Source: Bacillota bacterium
GTDB taxonomy: Bacteria; Bacillota; Clostridia; Christensenellales; SZUA-584
Direction of reading: 5' to 3'
NCBI GenBank assembly: GCA_023415795.1
Contig: JAEZJG010000022.1
Location: 188,009 to 252,008, forward strand
Length of the DNA: 64,000 bases
Made by a program: the position numbers and the translations under genes. Positions 52,253 through 62,060 of the stretch are shown piece after piece (positions within the stretch are counted from its first letter, which is position 1; each line of letters opens with the position of its first letter). Below the pieces are notes generated by a model. The model saw only the letters and a program-made list of their open reading frames with translations, was not told where the DNA came from and searched no databases.

Positions 52253-53263
52253 ATGGAATTTATTGATCCGACAAGGGTTCCGCAAAGAACGCTGTATGAC
52301 GGAGGCAAAATGCCTTGCATCGGCATGGGCACATTTGGCTCAGATAGATTTACACCGGATCAGGTGTCGGCGGCTGTCGCGGGTGCCATCAAGGTGGGCT
52401 ATCGCATGTTCGACTGCGCCGCCGTATACGGCAACGAAGATATGATCGGCGATGTGTTTCAGGATGCGTTCGATAAAGGCATTGTGAAGCGTGAAGAGCT
52501 GTTTATCACCACCAAGGTGTGGAACAACATGCACGGCAGAGGAGATGTTCTCATCTCCTGCGCGAAAAGCCTGAAGGATCTGCATCTGGACTATATCGAC
52601 GCGTTCTTCATCCACTGGCCGTTTGCAAACTATCATGCGCCGGGCTGCGACGGTGATGCGCGTAACCCGGACTCCAAGCCGTTCTCGGTTGACCGCTTTA
52701 TGGCTACCTGGCGGCAGTGTGAACGTTTGGTAGACATGGGTCTCGTGAAATACATCGGTATGTCGAGCATGACCATCCCCAAACTGGAGGCCGTGCTGCC
52801 GCTGTGCCGCATCAAACCGGCTGCCATTGAGATGGAGCTGCACCCCAGCTTCCAGCAGCCTGAGCTTTACGACTACATCGTCTCAAAAGGCATCGCGCCT
52901 ATCGGCTTTTGTCCGATTGGGTCGCCCACTCGCCCCGACCGCGACAAGACGGAGAACGACGTGGTGGATATTCAGATGCCCGAGGTTGTGGAAATCGCCA
53001 AGGCGCATGGCGTACACCCGGCTGTCATCTGCCTGAAATGGGCGGTGCAGCGCGGACAGACGCCGATACCCTTCTCGGTGTACGAGAACGAATACATAAG
53101 CAACCTGCGCTGCGTGACGGAAGACCCGCTCACGGATGCCGAGATGGAATCTATCAAATCGGCCGATAAGAACTGCCGCCTCATCAAGGGACAGGTGTTC
53201 CTGTGGGAAGGCGCAAAGAGCTGGGAAGATCTCTGGGATTTGGACGGTACAATCACAAAATGA
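52253..53263 (+). CDS. aldo/keto reductase
   Basis: …GMGTFGSD…, …FDCAAVYGNE…, …LFITTKVWN… and …YIDAFFIHWP… are AKR catalytic tetrad contexts. Confidence 0.85.
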   Translation: MEFIDPTRVPQRTLYDGGKMPCIGMGTFGSDRFTPDQVSAAVAGAIKVGYRMFDCAAVYGNEDMIGDVFQDAFDKGIVKREELFITTKVWNNMHGRGDVLISCAKSLKDLHLDYIDAFFIHWPFANYHAPGCDGDARNPDSKPFSVDRFMATWRQCERLVDMGLVKYIGMSSMTIPKLEAVLPLCRIKPAAIEMELHPSFQQPELYDYIVSKGIAPIGFCPIGSPTRPDRDKTENDVVDIQMPEVVEIAKAHGVHPAVICLKWAVQRGQTPIPFSVYENEYISNLRCVTEDPLTDAEMESIKSADKNCRLIKGQVFLWEGAKSWEDLWDLDGTITK

Positions 53264-54531
53264 TGACAGAAAAGTATTTCAACAAGCTTATTAGTGAGCA
53301 AAAGGGTGGCAGCGATAAGGCAATATGCTCCATATGCAGCGCCAACGAATTTGTGTTGGAGGCTGCAATGGAGGACGGTCGTGACAATGGACACATGGTT
53401 CTGATTGAGGCGACTGCTAATCAGGTGAACCAGTTCGGCGGTTATACCGGCATGAAGCCTCAGGATTTTATGGCGTTTGTAAGCCGTGTTGCGGACAAGG
53501 TTGGTTTGAGCAAGGATCAGCTGATACTGGGTGGAGATCACCTAGGACCGCTAACGTGGAAAGGTGAGGACGAATCCTCTGCCATGGAAAAGGCAGAGGA
53601 ACTGATCCGACAGTATGTGAACGCGGGATTCAGCAAGATACACCTTGACACCAGCATGCGTCTTGCGAACGATTCTGTCACGGAACGGCTGTCAGATGAA
53701 ACGATCTCAGGTCGTGCGGCACGGCTGTGTGCTGCTGCGGAAGGTGTCGGCGGAGTTAAGCCGGTCTATGTTATCGGCAGTGAGGTGCCCGTACCGGGCG
53801 GCGCAACGGAGAACGAAGACTCAATAGCGGTAACATCGCCGCAGGACTTGCAAGCAACGCTGGATGCGTTTAAAACTGCGTTTGCGAAAGCCGGTTTATC
53901 GGACGCATGGAAACGTGTGATCGCGGTGGTGGTGCAGCCGGGCGTTGAGTTTGCAGACAACACCATTATCAAGTACGACGCCGAAAAGGCGCAGGAGCTA
54001 ATCGCATACGCACAAAGTTTAGATGGAGTCGTGCTGGAAGGGCATTCCACCGATTATCAGCCCAAGGCCGCCCTTGATATGATGCGGCGCGACGGCATAG
54101 CAATCTTGAAGGTGGGCCCTGCACTGACGCTGGCGTTGAGGGAAGCATTGTTCGCGCTTGAGGATATGGAGCGCATATTGTATCCGTTCTCGCCGAAGGG
54201 CGGATATTCAAATTTCCGCGAAGTGCTTGAATTCAAGCTGATGAGCAATGATAAGTATTGGAAAAGCTACTACCATGGCAGCGATCAGGATATCGCTTAT
54301 GCCAGAAAATTTAGCTTGTCCGACAGGTGCCGTTATTATCTGGAGGATGAAGACATCAAGGCATCAATTGAAAGGCTGAGAGTCAATATCAATGCGGTCA
54401 GTGTGCCGTTTGGGCTGATATCGCAGTACTTCCCTGAGCTGAAGGAGAAGGTGCTTACAACGCAGTCGCCTGTAACAGCTGAGATGATGATTAAAGAACG
54501 TATCAAGTGCGTTCTCATGACTTACAGGTAA
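53260..54531 (+). CDS. GatZ/KbaZ-family protein (class II tagatose-bisphosphate aldolase accessory subunit / tagatose-6-phosphate 4-epimerase-like)
   Basis: Start at ATG 53260, overlapping the AKR stop (ATGA). …ICSICSANEFVLEAAMEDG…VLIEATANQVNQFGGYTGM… is typical of GatZ/KbaZ. No GatY/KbaY-type catalytic subunit is present in the locus. Confidence 0.8.
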   Translation: MMTEKYFNKLISEQKGGSDKAICSICSANEFVLEAAMEDGRDNGHMVLIEATANQVNQFGGYTGMKPQDFMAFVSRVADKVGLSKDQLILGGDHLGPLTWKGEDESSAMEKAEELIRQYVNAGFSKIHLDTSMRLANDSVTERLSDETISGRAARLCAAAEGVGGVKPVYVIGSEVPVPGGATENEDSIAVTSPQDLQATLDAFKTAFAKAGLSDAWKRVIAVVVQPGVEFADNTIIKYDAEKAQELIAYAQSLDGVVLEGHSTDYQPKAALDMMRRDGIAILKVGPALTLALREALFALEDMERILYPFSPKGGYSNFREVLEFKLMSNDKYWKSYYHGSDQDIAYARKFSLSDRCRYYLEDEDIKASIERLRVNINAVSVPFGLISQYFPELKEKVLTTQSPVTAEMMIKERIKCVLMTYR

Positions 54532-54572
54532 ATTAGTCGACAACACAACACTCTTCCTATTTTGATTCGGGG

Positions 54573-54612
54573 CTGGCTTGTTTCACTTTTGAAGCAAGCC
54601 AGTCCTGTTTTG
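54573..54612 (+). terminator. intrinsic terminator closing the sugar operon
   Basis: CTGGCTTG-N14-CAAGCCAG hairpin followed by TCCTGTTTTG. Confidence 0.6.
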
Positions 54613-54678
54613 TATGGCGACATATACGCCTGCGGTTCGGCATACGCTTTAATGAAAAAGCGATACGGAGGACACGAG

Positions 54679-55539
54679 ATGAACGAATCGCAGAGCGGGC
54701 AGTTTTTTCGTCCGCGCAAGCTGGGAGGGCTGTTGTTTGCCCTTGCCTGCTTTGACATTGTATTGGCACTGCTGGTGAATGCGGCGGGCGCGCCTGTTAC
54801 TGTATTCTCAGAAGCGGTGGCGGCACACAGCGCAAATACTGAATACAGCTGGTATACCATGCCCACGAAGGATGGCTCACAGCCCGCGCAACAGCCGGAG
54901 TTCTCCTTCATTGGGCAGTACGGGGGGTATTGGATCGGTGCGCCGGATGAGAAGGTGATCTACATCACATTTGATGCGGGTTACGAGAACGGCAATACAG
55001 CATCAATACTGGATGCCCTCAAGAAGCATAATGCCCCCGCTGCATTTTTTCTTGTGGATCACTACATCAGCAACAACCCCGATTTGGTAAAGCGCATGAC
55101 GGACGAGGGTCATCTGGTGTGCAGCCATTCCACAAGCCATAAGAACATGGCGGCAATGAGCGATTTCGAGACGTTCAAGAGTGAAATGACAGGTGTAGCA
55201 GAGCGGTGTGAAGCCGTCACGGGGCAGCCGATAGCACCCTATTTCCGTCCGCCGGAGGGACGCTTTTCCGAACAGTGCATGAAATACGCACAGCAGATGG
55301 GCTACAAGACGGTTTTCTGGAGCTTTGCGTATAAGGATTGGCTGGTGGACGCGCAACCCTCGGCAGCAGATGCCATCAACACCATCATCACCCGCACGCA
55401 TCCGGGCATGGTGGCATTGCTCCATGCCACATCAGCCACCAATGGCGCAATCATGGAAGATCTGCTGACGAAATGGGAAGAGATGGGTTACACCTTTGGC
55501 TCTTTGGATGATCTGACGCGAGAGGCACCTGGGGGCTGA
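54679..55539 (+). CDS. pdaA: polysaccharide deacetylase, PdaA-like (delta-lactam-biosynthetic de-N-acetylase of spore cortex)
   Basis: Start at ATG 54679 after GGAGGA. TM anchor, then …IYITFDAGYENGNTASILDALKKHNAPAAFFL…, …HSTSH… and …YFRPPEG…, which are NodB-domain motifs with a PdaA-like N-terminal context. Confidence 0.7.
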   Translation: MNESQSGQFFRPRKLGGLLFALACFDIVLALLVNAAGAPVTVFSEAVAAHSANTEYSWYTMPTKDGSQPAQQPEFSFIGQYGGYWIGAPDEKVIYITFDAGYENGNTASILDALKKHNAPAAFFLVDHYISNNPDLVKRMTDEGHLVCSHSTSHKNMAAMSDFETFKSEMTGVAERCEAVTGQPIAPYFRPPEGRFSEQCMKYAQQMGYKTVFWSFAYKDWLVDAQPSAADAINTIITRTHPGMVALLHATSATNGAIMEDLLTKWEEMGYTFGSLDDLTREAPGG

Positions 55540-55581
55540 GAGGCGTGTTCTGGGAATGTAACAAGAGGCTGATATTTATAT

Positions 55582-55608
55582 AAGAGCGGGTGCAATGTGC
55601 CCGCTCTT
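55582..55608 (+). terminator. hairpin after pdaA (possible terminator, poor T-run)
   Basis: AAGAGCGGG-N9-CCCGCTCTT. A TATAAT-like GATATAAT follows for mutY. Confidence 0.4.
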
Positions 55609-55648
55609 GTGATATAATAAGAATCAATAGCAATAAGGGTGGAGAAGC

Positions 55649-56686
55649 ATGGATACAGCAAAGCTGCTGGATTGGTATAGAACAAACAAAAGGGATCTGC
55701 CGTGGCGAAAAACCAGCGACGTATACGCGGTGCTGGTGTCTGAGATGATGCTGCAGCAAACAACGGTGGATACGGTGCTGGGATATTACGATCGTTTCCT
55801 GACGCGCTTTCCGCATGTGCAATCGCTGGCGGCGGCAAACGAGGAGGACGTTCTGGATGCATGGAAGGGGCTGGGCTACTACTCGCGGGCGCGTAACCTG
55901 CATCGGCTGGCAAAACAGGTGGCGGAAGCAGGCGGCGCTTTTCCCGCAACGCTGGAGGGGTGGCGCAAGCTACCCGGCGTGGGGCCTTACATCGCTGGAG
56001 CGGTGACCAGCATTGCGCTGGGGCTGCCGAATGCGGCGGTGGACGGCAACGTGCTACGCGTGTTCGCGCGGGTGGATGGCATAGGGGACGACATCATGCT
56101 GCCGCAGACAAAGAAGCGGGTAGAGGAACGCGTACAGGCGCTGATACCGCATGACGCAACGAGCGATTTTACGCAAGCACTGATGGAACTGGGGGCACTG
56201 GTATGCCGACCCTCCTCGCCGGACTGTGACAGCTGCCCGGTGGCTGCGAACTGTATGGCTCGTGAGAGGGGCTTGGTGGATGTGCTGCCTGTGAAGAAGC
56301 CCAAGGAGAAGCAGCAGGCAGAGGCGATGTGGGTGGCGGTGGTGATGACGCCGGAAGCGGTATTGCTGGAGCACAGGCGAGAGGATACGCTGTTGGCACG
56401 CATGTGGGGCTTGCCCATCGTTGTGCAGCAAGGGGACAGGTCTGCCGAAGAACTGCTGTCAGAGAAGTACGGTGTCATTCTGTCGGACGGTATTCCGGCG
56501 GGGCATGCGACACATGTGTTCACGCATCGGCGTTGGGAAATGGATATCGTACGGTTTGAACCGGAGAAGGAATTCCCGGTAAGCGGTGCATTGGAATGGG
56601 TGAGCTGGGAACAATTTGAGAGAAAGCCGGTACCCACGGCATTTATGAAGGTGCTGCGGGCGGCGCGAAAGGAGGATGGGTTATGA
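55649..56686 (+). CDS. mutY: A/G-specific adenine DNA glycosylase
   Basis: …[22 protein letters not shown]…, HhH-GPD (…[12 protein letters not shown]…), the 4Fe-4S cluster loop C..C..C…C ([17 protein letters not shown]) and a NUDIX-like C-terminal domain. Confidence 0.9.
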   Translation: MDTAKLLDWYRTNKRDLPWRKTSDVYAVLVSEMMLQQTTVDTVLGYYDRFLTRFPHVQSLAAANEEDVLDAWKGLGYYSRARNLHRLAKQVAEAGGAFPATLEGWRKLPGVGPYIAGAVTSIALGLPNAAVDGNVLRVFARVDGIGDDIMLPQTKKRVEERVQALIPHDATSDFTQALMELGALVCRPSSPDCDSCPVAANCMARERGLVDVLPVKKPKEKQQAEAMWVAVVMTPEAVLLEHRREDTLLARMWGLPIVVQQGDRSAEELLSEKYGVILSDGIPAGHATHVFTHRRWEMDIVRFEPEKEFPVSGALEWVSWEQFERKPVPTAFMKVLRAARKEDGL

Positions 56687-57618
56687 ACGAGAAGACAGCT
56701 ATTTTTGCGGGCGGGTGTTTTTGGTGCATGGAGCCGCCCTATGCCAAACTGGACGGCGTGATAAAGGTGGAGCCGGGTTACACCGGCGGGAGGCGGGAGA
56801 ACCCGACCTATGAGCAGGTGTGCAGCGGCGCAACGGGTCATTACGAGGCGGTGCGCGTGACATATGATGCGGACGTTGTATTGTATGATCAACTGCTGGA
56901 CGTGTTCTGGCGGCAGATTGACCCCACGGACGCAGGCGGGCAGTTTGCGGACAGGGGCTCGCAGTATAAATCGGCGATATTCTACACGGACGAGGCGCAG
57001 CGCACGGCAGCAGAGGCGTCCAAAAAGCGTGTGGCACGGTTGCTGGGGGCACAGGTGAATACGGAGATTTTACCGGCGGCTCCGTTCTGGACTGCGGAGG
57101 GCTACCACTGTGAGTACTATAAAAAGAACCCGGAGCATTACGGGCGGTATAAGCGCGGCTCAGGACGCGAAGCGTTCATCGGCAGAGTGTGGGGCGACGA
57201 GGCGCTCAAGGCGCGTCTATCGCCGATGCAATATGATGTCACACAGCGCGGTGCGACGGAGCCGCCGTTCAGCAACGAATTTTGGGACAATCACAAGGCG
57301 GGGTTGTATGTGGACATCGTTTCCGGCGAACCGTTGTTTACATCGATGGATAAGTTCGATTCGGGCTGCGGCTGGCCCAGCTTCACAAAGCCAGTGGACG
57401 GACCCCGCGTCACGGAGCATCGGGATGTGAGCCATGGTATGATACGTACAGAGGTGCGAACCAAGGTTTCAAATGCGCACCTGGGGCACGTGTTTGACGA
57501 TGGTCCCAATGGTCAGCCGCGCTATTGCATCAACTCGGCAGCGCTGCGCTTTGTGCCGCTGGAGAAACTGGATGAGGAGGGTTACGGACAGTACAAAGCC
57601 TTGTTTGAAACCAAGTGA
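56683..57618 (+). CDS. msrAB: bifunctional peptide-methionine (S)- and (R)-S-oxide reductase MsrA/MsrB
   Basis: …[15 protein letters not shown]… (MsrA GCFWC) and …GCGWPSF… / …[10 protein letters not shown]…RYCINS (MsrB). The start ATG overlaps the mutY stop (ATGA). Confidence 0.9.
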   Translation: MNEKTAIFAGGCFWCMEPPYAKLDGVIKVEPGYTGGRRENPTYEQVCSGATGHYEAVRVTYDADVVLYDQLLDVFWRQIDPTDAGGQFADRGSQYKSAIFYTDEAQRTAAEASKKRVARLLGAQVNTEILPAAPFWTAEGYHCEYYKKNPEHYGRYKRGSGREAFIGRVWGDEALKARLSPMQYDVTQRGATEPPFSNEFWDNHKAGLYVDIVSGEPLFTSMDKFDSGCGWPSFTKPVDGPRVTEHRDVSHGMIRTEVRTKVSNAHLGHVFDDGPNGQPRYCINSAALRFVPLEKLDEEGYGQYKALFETK

Positions 57619-57669
57619 GGGGTTCCCCGCTAAGCGGGGCGCGTGTTATTATAAGCAGGGGGTAGAGCG

Positions 57670-58422
57670 ATGAAGATTGTAACATGGAATGTAAATGGGC
57701 TGCGTGCCTGCTGGGGCAAAGGGTTCGAGGATTTCTTCCGTGAGGCTGATGCGGACATGTTCTGTATACAGGAAACCAAGATGCAGCGCGGCGACTTTGA
57801 GTTCGCGCCACAGGGCTGGCACGGCTATTGGAACGACGCGGTGAAGAAGGGCTATTCGGGTACGGCGGTGTTTACCAAACGTCAGCCGGAGGCGGTAACC
57901 TATGGCATCGGCGTGGCAGAGCACGACAACGAAGGGCGCGTGATAACGCTGGAATATGCGGAACTTTTTCTGGTGAACGTATACGTACCCAATTCGCAGG
58001 ATGAATTGAAGCGGCTGCCATATCGCATGACCTGGGATGAGGCGTTTCGTGATTATCTCAAGAAGCTGGACGAGAAGAAGCCGGTGGTGGTCTGCGGAGA
58101 TTTCAACGTGGCGCATCACGAGATCGATATCAAGAACCCGGCGGCCAACAGGCGCAATGCGGGCTTCACCGACGAGGAACGCGCCGATTTCACGCAGCTG
58201 CTGGATGCCGGGTTTGCGGATGCATTTCGCCGCCTGAACCCGGATGCTAAGGATATGTACACCTACTGGTCGTATCGCTTTGGCGCAAGAAGCCGCAACG
58301 CGGGCTGGCGTATCGACTATTTCTGCGTCTCCGAGCGGCTGATGGGTGATGTAAAGGGTGTGGAAATCAATAGTGACGTGATGGGGTCGGATCACTGTCC
58401 GGTCACACTGTCGCTGTTTTAA
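57670..58422 (+). CDS. xth: exodeoxyribonuclease III
   Basis: MKIVTWNVNGLRA…FCIQETK…, …GDFNVAH… and …GSDHCPV… are ExoIII/APE1 family motifs. Confidence 0.9.
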   Translation: MKIVTWNVNGLRACWGKGFEDFFREADADMFCIQETKMQRGDFEFAPQGWHGYWNDAVKKGYSGTAVFTKRQPEAVTYGIGVAEHDNEGRVITLEYAELFLVNVYVPNSQDELKRLPYRMTWDEAFRDYLKKLDEKKPVVVCGDFNVAHHEIDIKNPAANRRNAGFTDEERADFTQLLDAGFADAFRRLNPDAKDMYTYWSYRFGARSRNAGWRIDYFCVSERLMGDVKGVEINSDVMGSDHCPVTLSLF

Positions 58423-58467
58423 AAGTATTTTGATGCGTAAAGCATCCGAAAATAAGGGGGTATTGAG

Positions 58468-58617
58468 ATGAAGTTTGTATGCACGCTCTGCGGATATGTG
58501 TATTCGGTGGAGAACAATGAAGCGGACTACGATAACGTGATGGACATGCTGCCTGAGGATTTTACTTGCCCGGGCTGCGGCGCGCCAAAAAGCGCGTTTG
58601 AGCCGGTTAAGGAATAA
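58468..58617 (+). CDS. rubredoxin-like small protein (49 aa; below the ORF-track size cut-off)
   Basis: Hand translation: MKFVCTLCGYVYSVENNEADYDNVMDMLPEDFTCPGCGAPKSAFEPVKE. It has the two CxxCG knuckles with rubredoxin spacing. ATG lies 8 nt after AAGGGGG. Confidence 0.6.
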   Translation: MKFVCTLCGYVYSVENNEADYDNVMDMLPEDFTCPGCGAPKSAFEPVKE

Positions 58618-58655
58618 CCGCGCATAATCAATCGCCCGCGCCGGATAATAAAAGT

Positions 58656-59297
58656 ATGACGACAACCGACGCGGGCGGCAACGCCAGAATATTTATTGAA
58701 TTTGAAGCGCACCTGATGGGCGATGAAAAGCCGTCGGAGTATTTCGACAGCCTGCTTGACGCGGAAAAATTTCCGTCCCAATCGCCGTTTGATATATTGA
58801 GCGGTTTGGCAGAGGTGGAGCAGTCTCCTAAGCACCATCCGGAGGGAAATGTGTGGCGGCACACGATGCTGGTGACAAACAACGCCGCGCAACTCAAAAG
58901 CCAAAGCAAACATCCGCGTGCGCTGATGTGGGCGGCACTGCTGCACGATGTGGGCAAGAGGCAGACAACCAAGGTGCGCAACGGGCGCATCACCGCATAC
59001 GATCACGACAAAGCGGGGCGTGCGTTGGCAGAGCGCTTTCTGCGCGAGTGCGGGCAGGATGAGGCCTTCGTGAAAATGGTGGGTTCCTTGGTGCGCTGGC
59101 ACATGCAGGCGCTGTACCATACACGGCATTTGCCGTACTATAACCCCAAAGCGATGCGAGCCGAGACGGACATTGACGAGATAGCGCTGCTGTGCCTGTG
59201 TGACAGACTGGGGCGCGGTCCCGTAACGGCGGCGGATATAGCTCGAGAGCAAGCTCAGATTGCAGCGTTTATTGAGACGAGCCGCCGCATGTATTGA
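58656..59297 (+). CDS. HD-domain phosphohydrolase
   Basis: …SPKHHPEGNVWRHT… and …ALLHDVGK… form the H…HD metal-binding motif. Confidence 0.7.
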   Translation: MTTTDAGGNARIFIEFEAHLMGDEKPSEYFDSLLDAEKFPSQSPFDILSGLAEVEQSPKHHPEGNVWRHTMLVTNNAAQLKSQSKHPRALMWAALLHDVGKRQTTKVRNGRITAYDHDKAGRALAERFLRECGQDEAFVKMVGSLVRWHMQALYHTRHLPYYNPKAMRAETDIDEIALLCLCDRLGRGPVTAADIAREQAQIAAFIETSRRMY

Positions 59298-59412
59298 TGA
59301 AAGTACACAATATCTATTCATATATTTCTGTCGGAATTTGTTGAATCATTCAGTAACGCATGTTAAAATAAGGTAACTAATTTAACTGATATCAATACAG
59401 GGAGGATATTGC

Positions 59413-61086
59413 ATGAAAAACCATCCCTTCAATTCGGTTGAGATCGTCAAAGACTTAAAGGAACTGACCGATTCAAGCACACGCCGCTTCGCTGATAAGG
59501 ATGCCTATCTTATCATGACGGGCAAAAACGAATACAAAGCCGTGACATACCAGCGCTTCGGATTCGAACTGAGCGCATTGGCCAACGCGCTGATTGCGAG
59601 GGGGCTGAATGGCCGCCGCATTGCCATTATCGGGGAGAATTCCTATCAGTGGGTGCTGTCCTATTTCTCAGTGGTCAACACCAATTCGACGGCGGTGCCT
59701 TTAGACAAGGAGCTGCTTGCGGAAGATCTGACAGCGCTGGTTCGGCGGTCGGGCGCATCCGTGCTGTTTTTCTCGCCCACATATGCAGAAGAGGCCGAGC
59801 AGATCAGAGAAGCGTTGCCGGAGCTCATCACCATATCCTTCGGCGAAAAGAGTGTAACATCGCTGTCGCTGGAAGAGCTGATGAACGAGGGGTTCGCGCT
59901 GCTGGAGCGCGGTGAGGATCACTATTCCGGCATTGTGATTGATCGGGAGCGCGTCTGCTCCATACTGTTCACCTCAGGCACCACTGGCTTCTCCAAAGGC
60001 GTGATGCTGTGCCATCGCAATCTTGCGGCGAACACGGTGGCAGCCTGTCAAATGGTGCTGTTCCGCAAGGAAGACACCATGCTCTCGCTGTTGCCAATGA
60101 ACCACGCCTACGAGTGCGTATGTACCATCTATGGTCCCATGCTTTACGGCTCTACCGTGGCTTTCTGCTCCGGCGTCAAGCAACTGCCCGACTGTTTAAA
60201 GCTATTCCGCCCCACTGTGCTGGTGCTGGTGCCGCTGTATGTGGAAACCTTCCATAAGCGCATCTGGGAAAAGGCGCGCAAGGAGGGCAAGGAAAATAAG
60301 CTTAAGATGGGTATCGCTCTGGGCAACATTGCGGCGGCATTGGGCATTCGTATCCGGGAAAAGCTGCTGCATGAGGTGCGTGAGGCCTTTGGCGGTCGGC
60401 TGCGGCTGGTGGTGAGCGGCGGCGCATACATGAGCCCCAGACTGATTAAGGCATACCGTGAGTTTGGCGTTATCATCATGCACGGCTATGGTGCAACCGA
60501 ATGCTCACCGATCATCACGGCCAAGTTCATTGAATGGCGCAGAGATAAATCGGTGGGTGTGCCGCTACCCTGCTGCGAGGTGGGCTTCGATGCGGACGGT
60601 CAGATACTCATACGGGGCGAAAGCGTGATGCTGGGTTATCTGGACGATGAGGAAGCCACAGCTCAGGTGTTCGACGGCGAGTGGTACAAGTCCGGAGATC
60701 TGGGGTATCGCGACAAAGATGGCTTTATCTATGTCACCGGTCGCAGCAAGGATATGATCGTACTGAAGAACGGCAAAAACATCATGCCGATGGAAATCGA
60801 AAGCATGCTGGAACAGAGCCCGCTCATTGCTGAGGTAATGGTCAGGGAAGCGCCGGGTGACGAGAACGGATCGGACAAGCTGATGGCAATCATTTATCCC
60901 GATCCCGCGAAAAAGCAGGAGCTGGGCAATGGTCTGCATCAGGCTCTTCAAGCCTATATCGACGAAGTCAACAAGAAGCTGGCCAGCTTTAAGCAGATAC
61001 ACCTGTTTGCGCTGCGCGATACGGAGTTTCCCAAAACGACGACGCGCAAAATCAAACGCTTTCAGGTTACCTTCGGAAAGAATTAA
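59413..61086 (+). CDS. AMP-binding enzyme (long-chain fatty acyl-AMP/CoA ligase-like)
   Basis: ANL-superfamily core motifs …ILFTSGTTGFSKGVML… (A3), …HGYGATE… (A5), …SGDLGYRDKDGFIYVTGRSKD… (A7/A8) and …TTRKIKR (A10). Confidence 0.85.
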   Translation: MKNHPFNSVEIVKDLKELTDSSTRRFADKDAYLIMTGKNEYKAVTYQRFGFELSALANALIARGLNGRRIAIIGENSYQWVLSYFSVVNTNSTAVPLDKELLAEDLTALVRRSGASVLFFSPTYAEEAEQIREALPELITISFGEKSVTSLSLEELMNEGFALLERGEDHYSGIVIDRERVCSILFTSGTTGFSKGVMLCHRNLAANTVAACQMVLFRKEDTMLSLLPMNHAYECVCTIYGPMLYGSTVAFCSGVKQLPDCLKLFRPTVLVLVPLYVETFHKRIWEKARKEGKENKLKMGIALGNIAAALGIRIREKLLHEVREAFGGRLRLVVSGGAYMSPRLIKAYREFGVIIMHGYGATECSPIITAKFIEWRRDKSVGVPLPCCEVGFDADGQILIRGESVMLGYLDDEEATAQVFDGEWYKSGDLGYRDKDGFIYVTGRSKDMIVLKNGKNIMPMEIESMLEQSPLIAEVMVREAPGDENGSDKLMAIIYPDPAKKQELGNGLHQALQAYIDEVNKKLASFKQIHLFALRDTEFPKTTTRKIKRFQVTFGKN

Positions 61087-61088
61087 TT

Positions 61089-61313
61089 ATGTTTGAACAA
61101 GTAAAGAACATCATCGAGGAGCACATTGACTGTTCCAATATCATCATTTCACCGGATACAGACCTTATCAGCGACCTGTCCGTTAATTCGCTGGATTTGG
61201 TGGAGGTGGTTTGTGCCTTTGAAGTGGCGTTTGATATCGTGGTGCCGGAAAAGGACATTCGCAAACTAACAAAAGTCCGGGATATCGTCGAGTATCTGGA
61301 AGCGGGGGCATGA
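61089..61313 (+). CDS. acyl carrier protein (stand-alone)
   Basis: 74 aa. …LISDLSVNSLDLVEVV… is the phosphopantetheine attachment context (D-x-S-L). The gene starts 2 nt after the ligase stop. Confidence 0.8.
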   Translation: MFEQVKNIIEEHIDCSNIIISPDTDLISDLSVNSLDLVEVVCAFEVAFDIVVPEKDIRKLTKVRDIVEYLEAGA

Positions 61314-61954
61314 GAGTTTTCTTCGCCGAGGCAGTGCCGTTGGAACTAGCACTGCGCTGGGCAGATGGTCTTTGGTCCGAAAAGCGCGCGCGTGTGCTGC
61401 GTATGCGTCACGACAGCGACAAGGCGCTGGCGCTTACGGCGCATCGGCTGCTTTGTTATGCCGTCAAAACCGTGCATGGTCTTGTGCTGCAGCCGGAGAA
61501 TTTTGCGCTGGAGCCGCAAGGTAAGCCGTATCTGTCGGCGTATCCCGATATCCATTTCAGCATCAGCCATTCGGGCAGCATGGCAATGTGCGCGCTGGAC
61601 GACAGCCCCGTGGGTGCGGACATAGAGAAGCTGCGCGATGTGGGCGCGGGCGTTGCCGAGCGCGTGATGACGGCAGACGAGCTGCGCGTTTATGCAAAAA
61701 CCTCCGACAAGCAAAGCTTCTTCTTTCAGGTTTGGACGCTAAAGGAAGCTTATATTAAATACCGCGGTGAAGGGCTGTCTTTGCCGATGCGATCATTCTC
61801 CGCACAACCGTTGGACGGCTGCATCAGCACTGACACAGGCTGTGAGTTTTGGTCGGCTGAGCCTGCCCCCGGCTATCAGGCAGCGGTGTGCGCTCGGCAC
61901 ATCGCACATCCGCAGGCAGCAATGGTGCACGTCCGGCAGCTGGAACGCATGTAA
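61310..61954 (+). CDS. Sfp-type 4'-phosphopantetheinyl transferase
   Basis: …GKPYLSAYPDIHFSISHSG…, …GADIE… and …WTLKEAYIKYRG… are the three PPTase motifs. It overlaps the ACP stop by 4 nt. Confidence 0.8.
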   Translation: MRVFFAEAVPLELALRWADGLWSEKRARVLRMRHDSDKALALTAHRLLCYAVKTVHGLVLQPENFALEPQGKPYLSAYPDIHFSISHSGSMAMCALDDSPVGADIEKLRDVGAGVAERVMTADELRVYAKTSDKQSFFFQVWTLKEAYIKYRGEGLSLPMRSFSAQPLDGCISTDTGCEFWSAEPAPGYQAAVCARHIAHPQAAMVHVRQLERM

Positions 61955-62060
61955 TATGCGTCGGGTTACAAGAACATCACCTCGCAATTTTGCTCTTCAG
62001 AGGGTTAGTGGTTCATGCGGACATCAGGCGAACTTCATCAAGAAAAGGTAGGTACAGTGA

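Noticed and set aside
53203-53259. The longer N-terminus (MGRRKELGRSLG…) for the GatZ-like gene given in the track.
   Set aside because: It would overlap the AKR gene by 61 nt. The ATG at 53260 gives the classic ATGA stop/start coupling, and the conserved family N-terminus begins there.
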